From the NCBI GenBank assembly GCA_963701965.1, contig OY969695.1:4160001-4224000 (forward strand): a stretch of 64,000 bases of DNA, written 5' to 3'. The notes under the pieces are model-generated. The model saw nothing but the letters and a program-made list of their open reading frames with translations, was not told where the DNA came from and made no database searches. Every line of letters begins with the position of its first letter. The stretch's first letter is position 1. Made by a program: the position numbers and the translations under genes. The stretch comes from an uncultured Gemmatimonadales bacterium. GTDB lineage: Bacteria > Gemmatimonadota > Gemmatimonadetes > Gemmatimonadales > Gemmatimonadaceae. Positions 1 through 8,225 of this stretch are shown one piece after another.

Positions 1-150
1 GGCAAGGCGCGCTTGGTCAATCCCGCGGCTTCGCATGACCAGCCAGGTGCCGAGCTGAACCGGCGCGTGGTGTTCGTGATCGAGACCAAGGGTGAGCAGA
101 CGCCGGACAACGCCAAGACCACCGCCATGATCTCGGCGGCTGGCCAGTAA
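1..150 (+). CDS. OmpA-family protein, C-terminal part (truncated by window edge)
   Basis: Manual frame-1 translation GKARLVNPAASHDQPGAELNRRVVFVIETK...*; NRRV is the end motif of the OmpA peptidoglycan-binding domain. Confidence 0.65.
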   Translation, partial: GKARLVNPAASHDQPGAELNRRVVFVIETKGEQTPDNAKTTAMISAAGQ

Positions 151-175
151 CGCTGGGCGATAAAAACTGGGTCGT

Positions 176-556
176 TCAGCCCGTCACATCGTAGGCCTGA
201 ACGACCCAGCGTACGACGCTGCTCCGCAAATGGGTGCGCTCCACCGACGGTAGTTCCGACTTGGTGGCTTGGCTGACTACCGTGGCGAGCTCGTGCACGG
301 CGGCAGCGCGGCTCACACCCTCCCGCCTCAACTGTTGGACGTAGGTGCCGACCGCCGCACGGAGCACGCGCTCCGCGGCCAGTCGCTCCGCGCTCATGAG
401 CCGATACTCGGCGAGCGTCGCGAGGTACTCGGCGGACGAGCGCTGAAAGCCAAAGGCCTGCGCGACGGAGCGCGCCGCGGCCGCCTCGTACCACACGATC
501 GCCTGCAGGGCGCGCTCAACATGTTCGCGGGGATGCACCTCACCGCTCGAGCGCAT
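176..556 (-). CDS. hypothetical helical protein
   Basis: 126-aa ORF; C-terminal LRAAVGTYVQQLRREG...VVRWVVQAY resembles a small family I associate with Gemmatimonadaceae. Confidence 0.6.
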   Translation of the reverse strand: MRSSGEVHPREHVERALQAIVWYEAAAARSVAQAFGFQRSSAEYLATLAEYRLMSAERLAAERVLRAAVGTYVQQLRREGVSRAAAVHELATVVSQATKSELPSVERTHLRSSVVRWVVQAYDVTG

Positions 557-624
557 CCCCCGAAAACTAGCGAGGCCGGATCGCGTGACAAAGCGATCCG
601 GCCCGCGTGCGTGTCAGTCAATGG

Positions 625-2196
625 CTACTGTCGACGTTGCGCGCTCCCCACCAGTCGCTCGAAGCTCCGCGCGACGTAGGGGTTCGCACCGAGGAATCCG
701 AGCGCCACCGCGCCGGGCGCCCGCCCGTACACCATCGGCGCGCCCGATACATAGAAGCTCGACGCCGCGACCCGCGTGATGAACGCGCTCGTGCCCGGAC
801 CGACCGCGAAGAAGTTGGAGATGAGTCCGAGGGCGTCACCGACCGCGATCTTGGGTTCCGCCGGCTCGGCCCGCTCGACTGGCTCCGGGATCGCATCCGC
901 CGTCACGGCAGGTTCCGGCTCCGCCTCTGCTGCTGCTGCTGCTTCTTCTTCTTCTTCTTCTTCTTCTTCTTCCAGTGTTTCGGGGGTGGTCGCGAGCGTC
1001 ACCGCCTCCAGCATGAACGCTTCGCGCGTCGCCGCGTCGTGCATGAATTCCTCTTCCACGGCCGCGATCGCGATCTGCTCGTTGACGTCTGCTTCGTCCT
1101 CGCCGTCCTCATCGTCTTGCGCGTGCCAATCGTCGTTGACTTCGGCGTGCTCCCCGTTCTGTTGCGCCTCACCGTCGAACGAGAGCGCGTCCGCCCGCAC
1201 GCGGAGCGTATCCGACCATACTTCGCGGTCGGCCACGGGCTGTTTCACGCCGACATCGACGGAGCCGCCGCACAGCGCCGCCGCGAACCCGTCGACCGAG
1301 TCGGCGTCCGCGCCCAGCAGAATGCCAATGGACAGTCCGCCCTCGGTGGCGCCATTGAGCACGCCGCCGACCGCCTCGGTCGTGACGCCATTCTCATCCT
1401 GGCCGCCGATCACGCTGGCGCTGCCACTCGCGGCCAGTCCGACAATGGCTCCGGCATGAACAAGCGCATCGCGGCACGTGTCGCGCGCGTCATCGGCGGC
1501 GTCGGTGTCGGCGTGCGTGCCAAGCGCGGCAATGGCCGAGCCCAACTCGGGGCCGCGGGAGAGGATGCCGCTGCCACCGGCGTTCACGCCCAGACCGCCC
1601 AGTTGCTGCGATGGCAGCACCGTGAACGTGGTCGTCGCGACGTTATAGAAGAGGGACCACCCCAGGTCGCCGCCGGATACCTTGGGCGGGCCATACGCCG
1701 TCCACGCCGAGAGGCCGACGCGATAGAGGCTCGTGTGTCCGTGAAACGCCGCCGAATGCAGGAGCGTGAGATAGAGCGACTCGACGCCATCGAGCGTCCG
1801 GCTGAAGGCAATGTGCGCCAACAGAGTCCGGAACAACGCACTGTGCAGATCCGGATGCGCCGCGATGATCTGTCCCAGCGCCGCGGCGAGGGCGAGCCGG
1901 TATTCGTGGCTCGATCCGCTGGCATGCAGGCGCTGCAACCGCGCCCATCCCAAAGGCGCCGGATAGAACCACAGGATCCGCCGCGTGAACTGCACCGAGC
2001 CGCTTCCGGTGGCGAACTCGTACCACGGGCGCACCGACTCCCGCGCCGCCGCGCCGTTGCTGGCTTCGCGAGCCGCGCGCACCGCCGTGAGCACCTCGCG
2101 CTTCGCGGGAGCAGGCAGAGCGTCCTCGCGTACGAGTCGCTCGATTTCAGCCAATAAGCTCGATACCCGCTCCTGCGCGACCGCGGTGTGATGCAT
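625..2196 (-). CDS. hypothetical protein with Gly-rich middle and acidic poly-Glu linker
   Basis: 523-aa ORF from ATG with GGAG upstream; no family recognised. Confidence 0.7.
   Translation of the reverse strand: MHHTAVAQERVSSLLAEIERLVREDALPAPAKREVLTAVRAAREASNGAAARESVRPWYEFATGSGSVQFTRRILWFYPAPLGWARLQRLHASGSSHEYRLALAAALGQIIAAHPDLHSALFRTLLAHIAFSRTLDGVESLYLTLLHSAAFHGHTSLYRVGLSAWTAYGPPKVSGGDLGWSLFYNVATTTFTVLPSQQLGGLGVNAGGSGILSRGPELGSAIAALGTHADTDAADDARDTCRDALVHAGAIVGLAASGSASVIGGQDENGVTTEAVGGVLNGATEGGLSIGILLGADADSVDGFAAALCGGSVDVGVKQPVADREVWSDTLRVRADALSFDGEAQQNGEHAEVNDDWHAQDDEDGEDEADVNEQIAIAAVEEEFMHDAATREAFMLEAVTLATTPETLEEEEEEEEEEAAAAAEAEPEPAVTADAIPEPVERAEPAEPKIAVGDALGLISNFFAVGPGTSAFITRVAASSFYVSGAPMVYGRAPGAVALGFLGANPYVARSFERLVGSAQRRQ
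928..972. repeat. compound trinucleotide microsatellite (TGC)5(TTC)10, encoding E10A5 on the minus strand
   Basis: TGC x5 at 928-942 and TTC x10 at 943-972, read directly. Confidence 0.95.
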
Positions 2197-2306
2197 GCCG
2201 GCGTCTCCGTATGAGGATCGATTGGGGAGGCGAACGCCGGTGAACGTAATCGCTCCGCCGCCTTCTTCCCACGTCGAGATCGGAGAGTTGCCCTGGCGTT
2301 ACCCGG

Positions 2307-5072
2307 TCACGGCGCCGTCACGGCATGCGGCGCCGCGCGATTCACCAGAGTATCGAGCACGTCGGCTTCCAACGGCCGCGCAAACAAGTAGCCCTGCGCC
2401 AGGTCGCACCCGAACGCCAGGAGCTCGTCGCGCTGCTGCACGGATTCGACGCCTTCCGCTACGGTGCGCAGGTGCAACATGTCGCCGAGCGCGATGATCG
2501 TGCGCGCCAACGCGGCGTCCGTGCCGCCGCGACCGACGCCGTCGATGAACGTCTTGTCGAGCTTGAGGATGTCGATAGGGAACCGCTGTAAGTACGACAG
2601 CGACGAGTAGCCCGTGCCAAAATCGTCGATCGCCAGCCGCACCCCGATGGCTTTCAGGGCCCGCAACTTCCGGAGGGTCGCCTCGGTATCCTGCATGATC
2701 ACGCTCTCCGTGATCTCGAGAACCAGGCGTTCCGGGGCCAAGCCCAATGCGTCGAGCGCCGCCACGACGTCATCGGCCAGAGTGGCCGACTGGAGCTGCC
2801 GACCCGAGATATTCACACTGATGGTGAGGGGCTCCGAGCCGTCCGACGAGGGGACGAACCGCGCGCCGCGGCGGCAGGCCTCCATCAGGATCCATCGGCC
2901 CAAGGGCACGATGATCCCGGATTCTTCGGCCAGCGGGATGAAATCGCTGGGCGGCACGGGTCCGCGCTGGGCGTGCGTCCATCGGGCCAACGCTTCGACG
3001 CCGACGCAGCGGCTGGTCGCCAGCTCAATGATCGGCTGGTAGACCAGCCGGATCTCGTGGCGGTCGGCGGCCTGGCGAAGATCGGCCTCCAGCTCCAGCC
3101 GATCGAGCAGCGCCGCGTGCATCTCGGGCGCGAACACCGCGTGCGAGCCGCCGCCCCGGGCCTTGGCCCGGTACATGGCCACGTCGGCGTTCCGGAGCAG
3201 TTCGTCGGCGCGGGAGGCCGATCCGCCGCGGGCAATGCCGATGCTCGCCGAGATCAATACGTCTTTGCCATCGAGCGAGACCGGCGCCTGCATGGCCGCT
3301 TCGGCGCGCTCGACGACCTGCAGGGCCTCGGCGTCATCGTGGACGGCCTCCAGCAGGATCGCGAACTCATCGCCGCCCAACCGGGCCACGGTGTCGTGTC
3401 CCCGCGTGGCGGCCATAAGGCGGCCGGCGACGGCGCACAGCAGGCGGTCGCCCGCGGCGTGTCCCAAGCCGTCGTTGATCGACTTGAAGTTGTCGAGGTC
3501 GAGGAAGAGCACGGCGACGCCGGCGGCGTGGCGCTCGGTGCGCGTCAGCGCGTGCTCGACGCGGTCGCGAAAGAGCGCGCGATTGGCCAGGCCGGTGAGT
3601 GCGTCGTGAAAGGCCTGGTGCGTGAGTTGGGCCTCCAGCCGCTTGCGTTCCGACACATCGCGGAACGCGATCACCGCGCCAACCACGCCGGCATTTTCGC
3701 GGATCGGCGTGCTTTCGTAGGCGACGTAGAACGTCGTGCCGTCGGCGCGGCGAAAGGCGTCGTCGTCGACGCGGTGCACGGCGCCGTCGCGCAGCGCCGT
3801 CTCGATGGGGCAATGGCCGCCGCTGTGGCGCGGGCCGACGCCATCGACCGGGTGCACGATGGGATGCAAGGCCTGGCCGAGCAGGGCCTTGGGGTCGTAG
3901 CCCAGCATGCGAGCCGCGGCGCGGTTGGCGAACATCGCCCGGCCGGCCAGGTCGAGGCCGACAATGCCCTCGCCGACCGAGTCGAGAATCAGCTCGTTGG
4001 CGCGCGCCAGGTGGGCGATGCGGGCCGCGGCGCGCCGGCGCTTCCCCGAGTCCACCACGGTCGCCGCGATGAGCACGGCGAGCACCGCGGTCGCGGCGGC
4101 CACCAGCGCGGCTTCGGCGCGGAATCGGGCCACGGCGCCGGCGACGGCTTCCTCCTGGTCGATGGCGCGCACCACGCCCCAATCGGCGCCGGCCACGTGG
4201 CTCGTGGCGGCCACAATGGCGGTGCCGCGGACATCGCGAAAGACACCGGTCGTGTCCACGCCGCGCGCGGCGACGCGCCAGATCTCGGGGACGTTCGGCG
4301 TCGACAGGGTCAGGCCAAAGGGCTCGGATGGGGGATAGGCCGTCGGGCTCAGCACCCGGTACACGGTCGTGTCGGTCGCGTCCCGGCCCACGAGTTTCGT
4401 GCGCGCGGTGCGCGTCCCGCCGGTCTCGCGCATCACGAAGGGAAACAGCGTGCGGCCGGGGTCGACGGCGACGATCGTCGACCACGCGGTGCCGGATACC
4501 GGCATCACGAGCGACAGCCGGGCGTCGCCGGTGGGCAAGAGCTCGGGGCCGACGATCCGTTCGCGCCGCGCGTGCGGCATCGCCAGCGTGGCGCGACGCT
4601 CGGCGTCCGTCAGTGTGTCGGAACCATCCGCGGCGGCGACGATCTGACCCGTGCCGTCCACGGCCCACACCGACAGATAGCTGTGCCGGCGACGAAGAGT
4701 CGTGAGGGCCCACACGAGCGCGCTGTGGGCGGCGGTGTGCGCCACGGCGTGGTCCGGCGCCCGAAGGGATGCACCCTCCAGCACCGCGTACGCCGAGACA
4801 TAGCCCAATGCTTCCCGCGCGTCGATCCGGCGTTCATCGAGCCAGCCGTCCAGGACCGAGGACGTCAGCTCGGCGTTGGACGAGAGCTGTTGCTCCCACT
4901 GCGCCAGCGAGATGGCGCGGAGGTGGGCAAGGCGGGCGCGGGAAATGGCGTCAGTCGCGGCAATGGCCGCCGCGGTCGCGGTGATGGCGACGAGAGTCCA
5001 GAGCGTGCGCTTGAGCACCGGAGCGGAGCGCGGTAACGCGAGCGGTGCCGGAAGGCCGTCGTCTGGTGACAT
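2307..5072 (-). CDS. membrane-bound sensor diguanylate cyclase/phosphodiesterase (TM, Cache-like periplasmic region, TM, PAS, GGDEF, EAL)
   Basis: Motifs HDALTGLANR, DLDNFKSIND, RLGGDEF, GVEALARW, EITES and DDFGTGYSS; two hydrophobic segments. Confidence 0.95.
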   Translation of the reverse strand: MSPDDGLPAPLALPRSAPVLKRTLWTLVAITATAAAIAATDAISRARLAHLRAISLAQWEQQLSSNAELTSSVLDGWLDERRIDAREALGYVSAYAVLEGASLRAPDHAVAHTAAHSALVWALTTLRRRHSYLSVWAVDGTGQIVAAADGSDTLTDAERRATLAMPHARRERIVGPELLPTGDARLSLVMPVSGTAWSTIVAVDPGRTLFPFVMRETGGTRTARTKLVGRDATDTTVYRVLSPTAYPPSEPFGLTLSTPNVPEIWRVAARGVDTTGVFRDVRGTAIVAATSHVAGADWGVVRAIDQEEAVAGAVARFRAEAALVAAATAVLAVLIAATVVDSGKRRRAAARIAHLARANELILDSVGEGIVGLDLAGRAMFANRAAARMLGYDPKALLGQALHPIVHPVDGVGPRHSGGHCPIETALRDGAVHRVDDDAFRRADGTTFYVAYESTPIRENAGVVGAVIAFRDVSERKRLEAQLTHQAFHDALTGLANRALFRDRVEHALTRTERHAAGVAVLFLDLDNFKSINDGLGHAAGDRLLCAVAGRLMAATRGHDTVARLGGDEFAILLEAVHDDAEALQVVERAEAAMQAPVSLDGKDVLISASIGIARGGSASRADELLRNADVAMYRAKARGGGSHAVFAPEMHAALLDRLELEADLRQAADRHEIRLVYQPIIELATSRCVGVEALARWTHAQRGPVPPSDFIPLAEESGIIVPLGRWILMEACRRGARFVPSSDGSEPLTISVNISGRQLQSATLADDVVAALDALGLAPERLVLEITESVIMQDTEATLRKLRALKAIGVRLAIDDFGTGYSSLSYLQRFPIDILKLDKTFIDGVGRGGTDAALARTIIALGDMLHLRTVAEGVESVQQRDELLAFGCDLAQGYLFARPLEADVLDTLVNRAAPHAVTAP

Positions 5073-5148
5073 GCGGGTAGTGAGAGGAGCGTCTCTCCTC
5101 GTTCAGACGATCGGTCGGGCCCCGAGGCCACGGCCGCTCCGGGCGTTT

Positions 5149-6414
5149 TTATCGCTCGGGCGCGGGCGGGGGCGTCGGGTGGGAGAACTGGTGTGACGCG
5201 GTCGGATGGCTGTCAGTGCCGTCCGTGCGCACGATCGGAGCAATGGAGCCCGGGCCGACCGGGCGAGCCACCGCGGAGTCGAGGACCGTGGGTTTCTCGA
5301 TGACCGCGGAGGGTGTGGGTGCCACTGCCGGCGTCACGGAATCGGCCGCCGCTGACGTCGGAACGATGTCGGTCCCGGTGTCCGGCGGCGGCGTCGTGTC
5401 GATCGGTGTCGTGTCCACCGGGGCGACCGCGCGCGCCGGCGCCGGCACGCGAGCCTCGCGCACCTCCGGCTTGCCCCAATGCCGGGCGGCCACGACGATC
5501 GCCATCACCAGGACCGCCGCGACGCCCAATGCGATCGCCAGCGCGCGGCGCGGATACCGCCGCCATAGTGGCTTCTGGTCGGCCGCTCGCCCGCGCCCCG
5601 GCGCGCTCGCGGCGCGCGGCTCTCCCATGGGCACCGACGCGGGTACCGCGGCGCCCTCGGGGATGTACAAGTCCAAGCCGTGCGCCGGCGTCAGCATCAT
5701 CGGTGGCGCAATGCGCACCTGGCCGACAACCGGCACCTCGCTGACGGGCGCCGGCGGTGCGGGCGCCGCTGGCAAAGGCGCCGCTGGTGTCGGCCCACGC
5801 ATAGACGGTGGCTCGTGCCACTGTGGCGCACGTGGTCTCTCGGTGAGGGCCGGCGCCGCGGGCGCCGCCACATCGGGTTTATCCTCCAGCGCGGCAAACG
5901 CGCGCGAGAGCACGTCGTCAATGTCGCCGACGGCCGGCTCGGCCGGCGGTTCCGGCGCCGGCTGCACCGCTCCCGCCTCGACAGCGTCGCGGATGTTCTC
6001 CCACAGCGCGGTGTCCGCGCTGCCAAGCGGCGCGGGCTCCTCGGCAACCGGCGCATCGCCGGGCGGCGTATCGCCAGCCAGCGATGCGATAATCGGCGCC
6101 CGCGCGCGCTCGAGCTCTTCGTCGGACGGATCCCGCCCGTAGAGAAACGCTTCGAGCACAGCCGGAAACGCCACGCACTGCCCGGTGTCATAGAGCCGGG
6201 CATGCCAATCGTCGTGGACGCGCTCGTCGGCGCCGTCCCTCAGCGCCGCGTAATAATCGAGATATTCGCCGAGCGCATCGCGCCCGAACGAATACAGCAC
6301 ACTCCAGCCGTTCGCGCGCAGTTGCCCACTGCGCCGGTCGGCCAGATCAGCCTCCGGTATGCGCAGCGACCACGGCGCGAACTCGCGCTTGAACGCTTCC
6401 GCCGCCGTCTCCAT
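5149..6414 (-). CDS. bitopic hypothetical protein (globular N-terminal domain, Pro-rich linker, TM, Pro/Thr-rich tail)
   Basis: 421-aa ORF; TM ALAIALGVAAVLVMAIVVAA preceded by a basic patch. Confidence 0.7.
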   Translation of the reverse strand: METAAEAFKREFAPWSLRIPEADLADRRSGQLRANGWSVLYSFGRDALGEYLDYYAALRDGADERVHDDWHARLYDTGQCVAFPAVLEAFLYGRDPSDEELERARAPIIASLAGDTPPGDAPVAEEPAPLGSADTALWENIRDAVEAGAVQPAPEPPAEPAVGDIDDVLSRAFAALEDKPDVAAPAAPALTERPRAPQWHEPPSMRGPTPAAPLPAAPAPPAPVSEVPVVGQVRIAPPMMLTPAHGLDLYIPEGAAVPASVPMGEPRAASAPGRGRAADQKPLWRRYPRRALAIALGVAAVLVMAIVVAARHWGKPEVREARVPAPARAVAPVDTTPIDTTPPPDTGTDIVPTSAAADSVTPAVAPTPSAVIEKPTVLDSAVARPVGPGSIAPIVRTDGTDSHPTASHQFSHPTPPPAPER

Positions 6415-6482
6415 GGATACTCAAAAGACGATCCAGCGCGACACTGGTCTCCCCGCCGTGGGGGCGGTAGTTTTGCCAGGAC

Positions 6483-6807
6483 GACCCGGTAGCTCAGTTG
6501 GTAGAGCAACGGACTTGAACGCCAATGAGAGCACCGCGTCAGAAATGGCGCGCGTGAATCCCGTCAAAGTCGGGGAACGCTTGCACCATGCCAACCCCGA
6601 GCCAAGCCGCCCGTCTCCGCGAGCGGAAGGTGTAGAGACTGGACGGCGGGTGCCTGACCACCGCGAGCCTCTTGTGGCTCCGGTGAAGGCAAAGGGACAG
6701 TCCAGACCACGAACCGCGCCCCGGGGTGATCCCTGGCGGGCGCGGGCGGCGAAAGCCGAAGTGGTACGTTAATCCGTAGGTCGCGGGTTCGAAGCCCGCC
6801 CGGGTCA
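6483..6807 (+). tRNA. trnK: tRNA-Lys(UUU), split by an intron (exons 6483-6516 and 6769-6807; CCA not encoded)
   Basis: Exons of 34+39 nt join to a 73-nt cloverleaf: acceptor GACCCGG/CCGGGTC with A73, D arm GCTC-AGTTGGTA-GAGC, anticodon arm ACGGA-CTTTTAA-TCCGT, T arm GCGGG-TTCGAAG-CCCGC. Confidence 0.92.
6517..6768 (+). ncRNA. group I self-splicing intron, IC3/Azoarcus-like, 252 nt, no internal ORF
   Basis: 5' exon ends in U and intron ends in omega-G; P/Q/R/S-like blocks AAAGTCGGGGAA, AACCCCGAGCCAAG, GGTGTAGAGACTGGACGG and AAGGGACAGTCC; P1, P2, P3, P4, P6, P7, P8, P9.0 and P9 all base-pair. Confidence 0.93.
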
Positions 6808-6824
6808 CTCTAGCGCGACGACGA

Positions 6825-7238
6825 TCAGGGTTTCGAGGCAGTCGGTATCGAATCGGGATCCATTTCCCGGAACCCGATGATGTTCTCCAACAACCCCCAC
6901 TCCAGCAGTCCCGTCTCCGGCCCGCCCACGCGGAACGGTTGGGAGATCAGGGGGCGCTCCAGCTGCCGCTCCGCCACAAACCGGTACTCCTGGCTCAGCG
7001 TCACCGGTGTGAAGCGGAACGTCCGCGTCTCCGTTCCCGGCACGGTGCCCAGCATCTGACGGGTGCCGGACGTTTGGACGAGGAAGACGGTCACCTCGGT
7101 CGGTACCGAGAGGTTGTTCGTGATCTCGACCGCGACCGGATGGGGCTTATCGTCTTCGTTAGGTTTCTTTTTGAGCGATGCGCAGCCCAGCGCCGTCAGC
7201 ACGGTCGCTGCGATCGCCGCCGTCAGAAGTGTCCGCAT
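6825..7238 (-). CDS. putative lipoprotein
   Basis: Signal MRTLLTAAIAATVLTALGC ending in a lipobox; start moved to ATG 7238. Confidence 0.7.
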   Translation of the reverse strand: MRTLLTAAIAATVLTALGCASLKKKPNEDDKPHPVAVEITNNLSVPTEVTVFLVQTSGTRQMLGTVPGTETRTFRFTPVTLSQEYRFVAERQLERPLISQPFRVGGPETGLLEWGLLENIIGFREMDPDSIPTASKP

Positions 7239-7291
7239 GGCACGAATCTCATGCACGTTCGCGGCCCGCGCCAGCACCAACTCCCTGGAAT

Positions 7292-8119
7292 ATGGAACAG
7301 ATCGTCTATCCGCCTGAAACATTGGAAGGGTGGTACACGCTACACCAAGTGTTTCGCATCAATGCTGCCGCGCTGCGCGCCCTTCCGCCCAGCGAACGCG
7401 CGTCGGTCAAAGCGAGCGCCGCGCGCGCGTTGGAAGACGTCGCATCGCCGTTGACCGAGGAGGGATGGAGCGCGATTGTCGAGGTCGCTGGGTCCGTCGC
7501 CGATCTGATGCTCGTGCACTTCCGCCCCACGCTCGCCGCTTTGCGCGCCGTGCAACGGCGTCTCGCCTGTGAGCCGCTCTTCGATCGCTTGATCCCGGTC
7601 TACTCGTTCCTGAGTGTCACCGAGGCTGGACTCTATCACCTGAGCGCCGCTGTGGCCGCGGAGCGCGCGCAAGCCGGTGGCGCCGTTGGCGACGCCGAGT
7701 ATCGCGCGGCCATCGATGCCCGGGCCGCCACGGAACGCGCCAGCGCCCACGTGCAACGGCGCCTCTATCCGCCGCTGCCCGCCGAGATGCACTTCGTCTG
7801 CTTCTATCCGATGTCCAAGCGGCGCGCCGAGGGACAGAACTGGTACGCGCTCAGTCTCGACGAGCGCAGTCGGCTGATGCAGGCCCACGGCGTCACGGGG
7901 CGCCGCTACGCGGGTCGCGTGCAACAAGTCATCACGGGCGCGATTGGCCTCGACGCGTGGGAATGGGGCGTCACGTTGTTCGCGCGCGATCCGCTCGACG
8001 TGAAGCGCCTGGTGACCGACATGCGCTTCGACGAAGTGAGTGCGCAGTACGCCGAGTTTGGCCCGTTTTTCGTCGGCGAACGCCTGAGCCCGGCCGCCTG
8101 GATCTCGACACTCTTCTAA
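7292..8119 (+). CDS. chdC: coproheme decarboxylase (ChdC/HemQ, chlorite dismutase superfamily)
   Basis: PETLEGWYTLH, FYPMSKRR, NWY, HG..GRRY, GLDAWEWGVTLF and MRFDEVSAQYAEFGPFFVG match HemQ-type proteins. Confidence 0.85.
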   Translation: MEQIVYPPETLEGWYTLHQVFRINAAALRALPPSERASVKASAARALEDVASPLTEEGWSAIVEVAGSVADLMLVHFRPTLAALRAVQRRLACEPLFDRLIPVYSFLSVTEAGLYHLSAAVAAERAQAGGAVGDAEYRAAIDARAATERASAHVQRRLYPPLPAEMHFVCFYPMSKRRAEGQNWYALSLDERSRLMQAHGVTGRRYAGRVQQVITGAIGLDAWEWGVTLFARDPLDVKRLVTDMRFDEVSAQYAEFGPFFVGERLSPAAWISTLF

Positions 8120-8225
8120 ACCCGGGCCGCAACAGCGCTCCGCCTATCAATCCATAGGCGCGTTCTATTTGCCTGGAGGGCATCCCCGAAACAATGATAG
8201 AAGTATCAACAACCGAAAGAGTACC

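Noticed and set aside
607..2157. Plus-strand 516-aa ORF with poly-Cys/poly-Phe
   Set aside because: Antisense shadow of the minus-strand gene; the runs are simply the microsatellite read on the other strand.
6483..6807. Alternative identities tRNA-Asn(GUU), Thr(UGU) or Phe(GAA)
   Set aside because: Asn would need the intron to end in C rather than omega-G and normally has G73. Thr needs a 5' exon ending in G and an intron ending in U. Phe cannot be formed from contiguous exon bases. Only CUU|UUAA satisfies both splice-site rules.
6359..6808. ORFs 6359-6772 (+) and 6539-6808 (-) as a homing endonuclease
   Set aside because: They run across tRNA exons and the ribozyme core and show no LAGLIDADG, HNH or GIY-YIG motif.
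6808..7300. tRNA used as a genomic-island integration site
   Set aside because: No integrase nearby and no duplicated tRNA 3' end noticed in the window.
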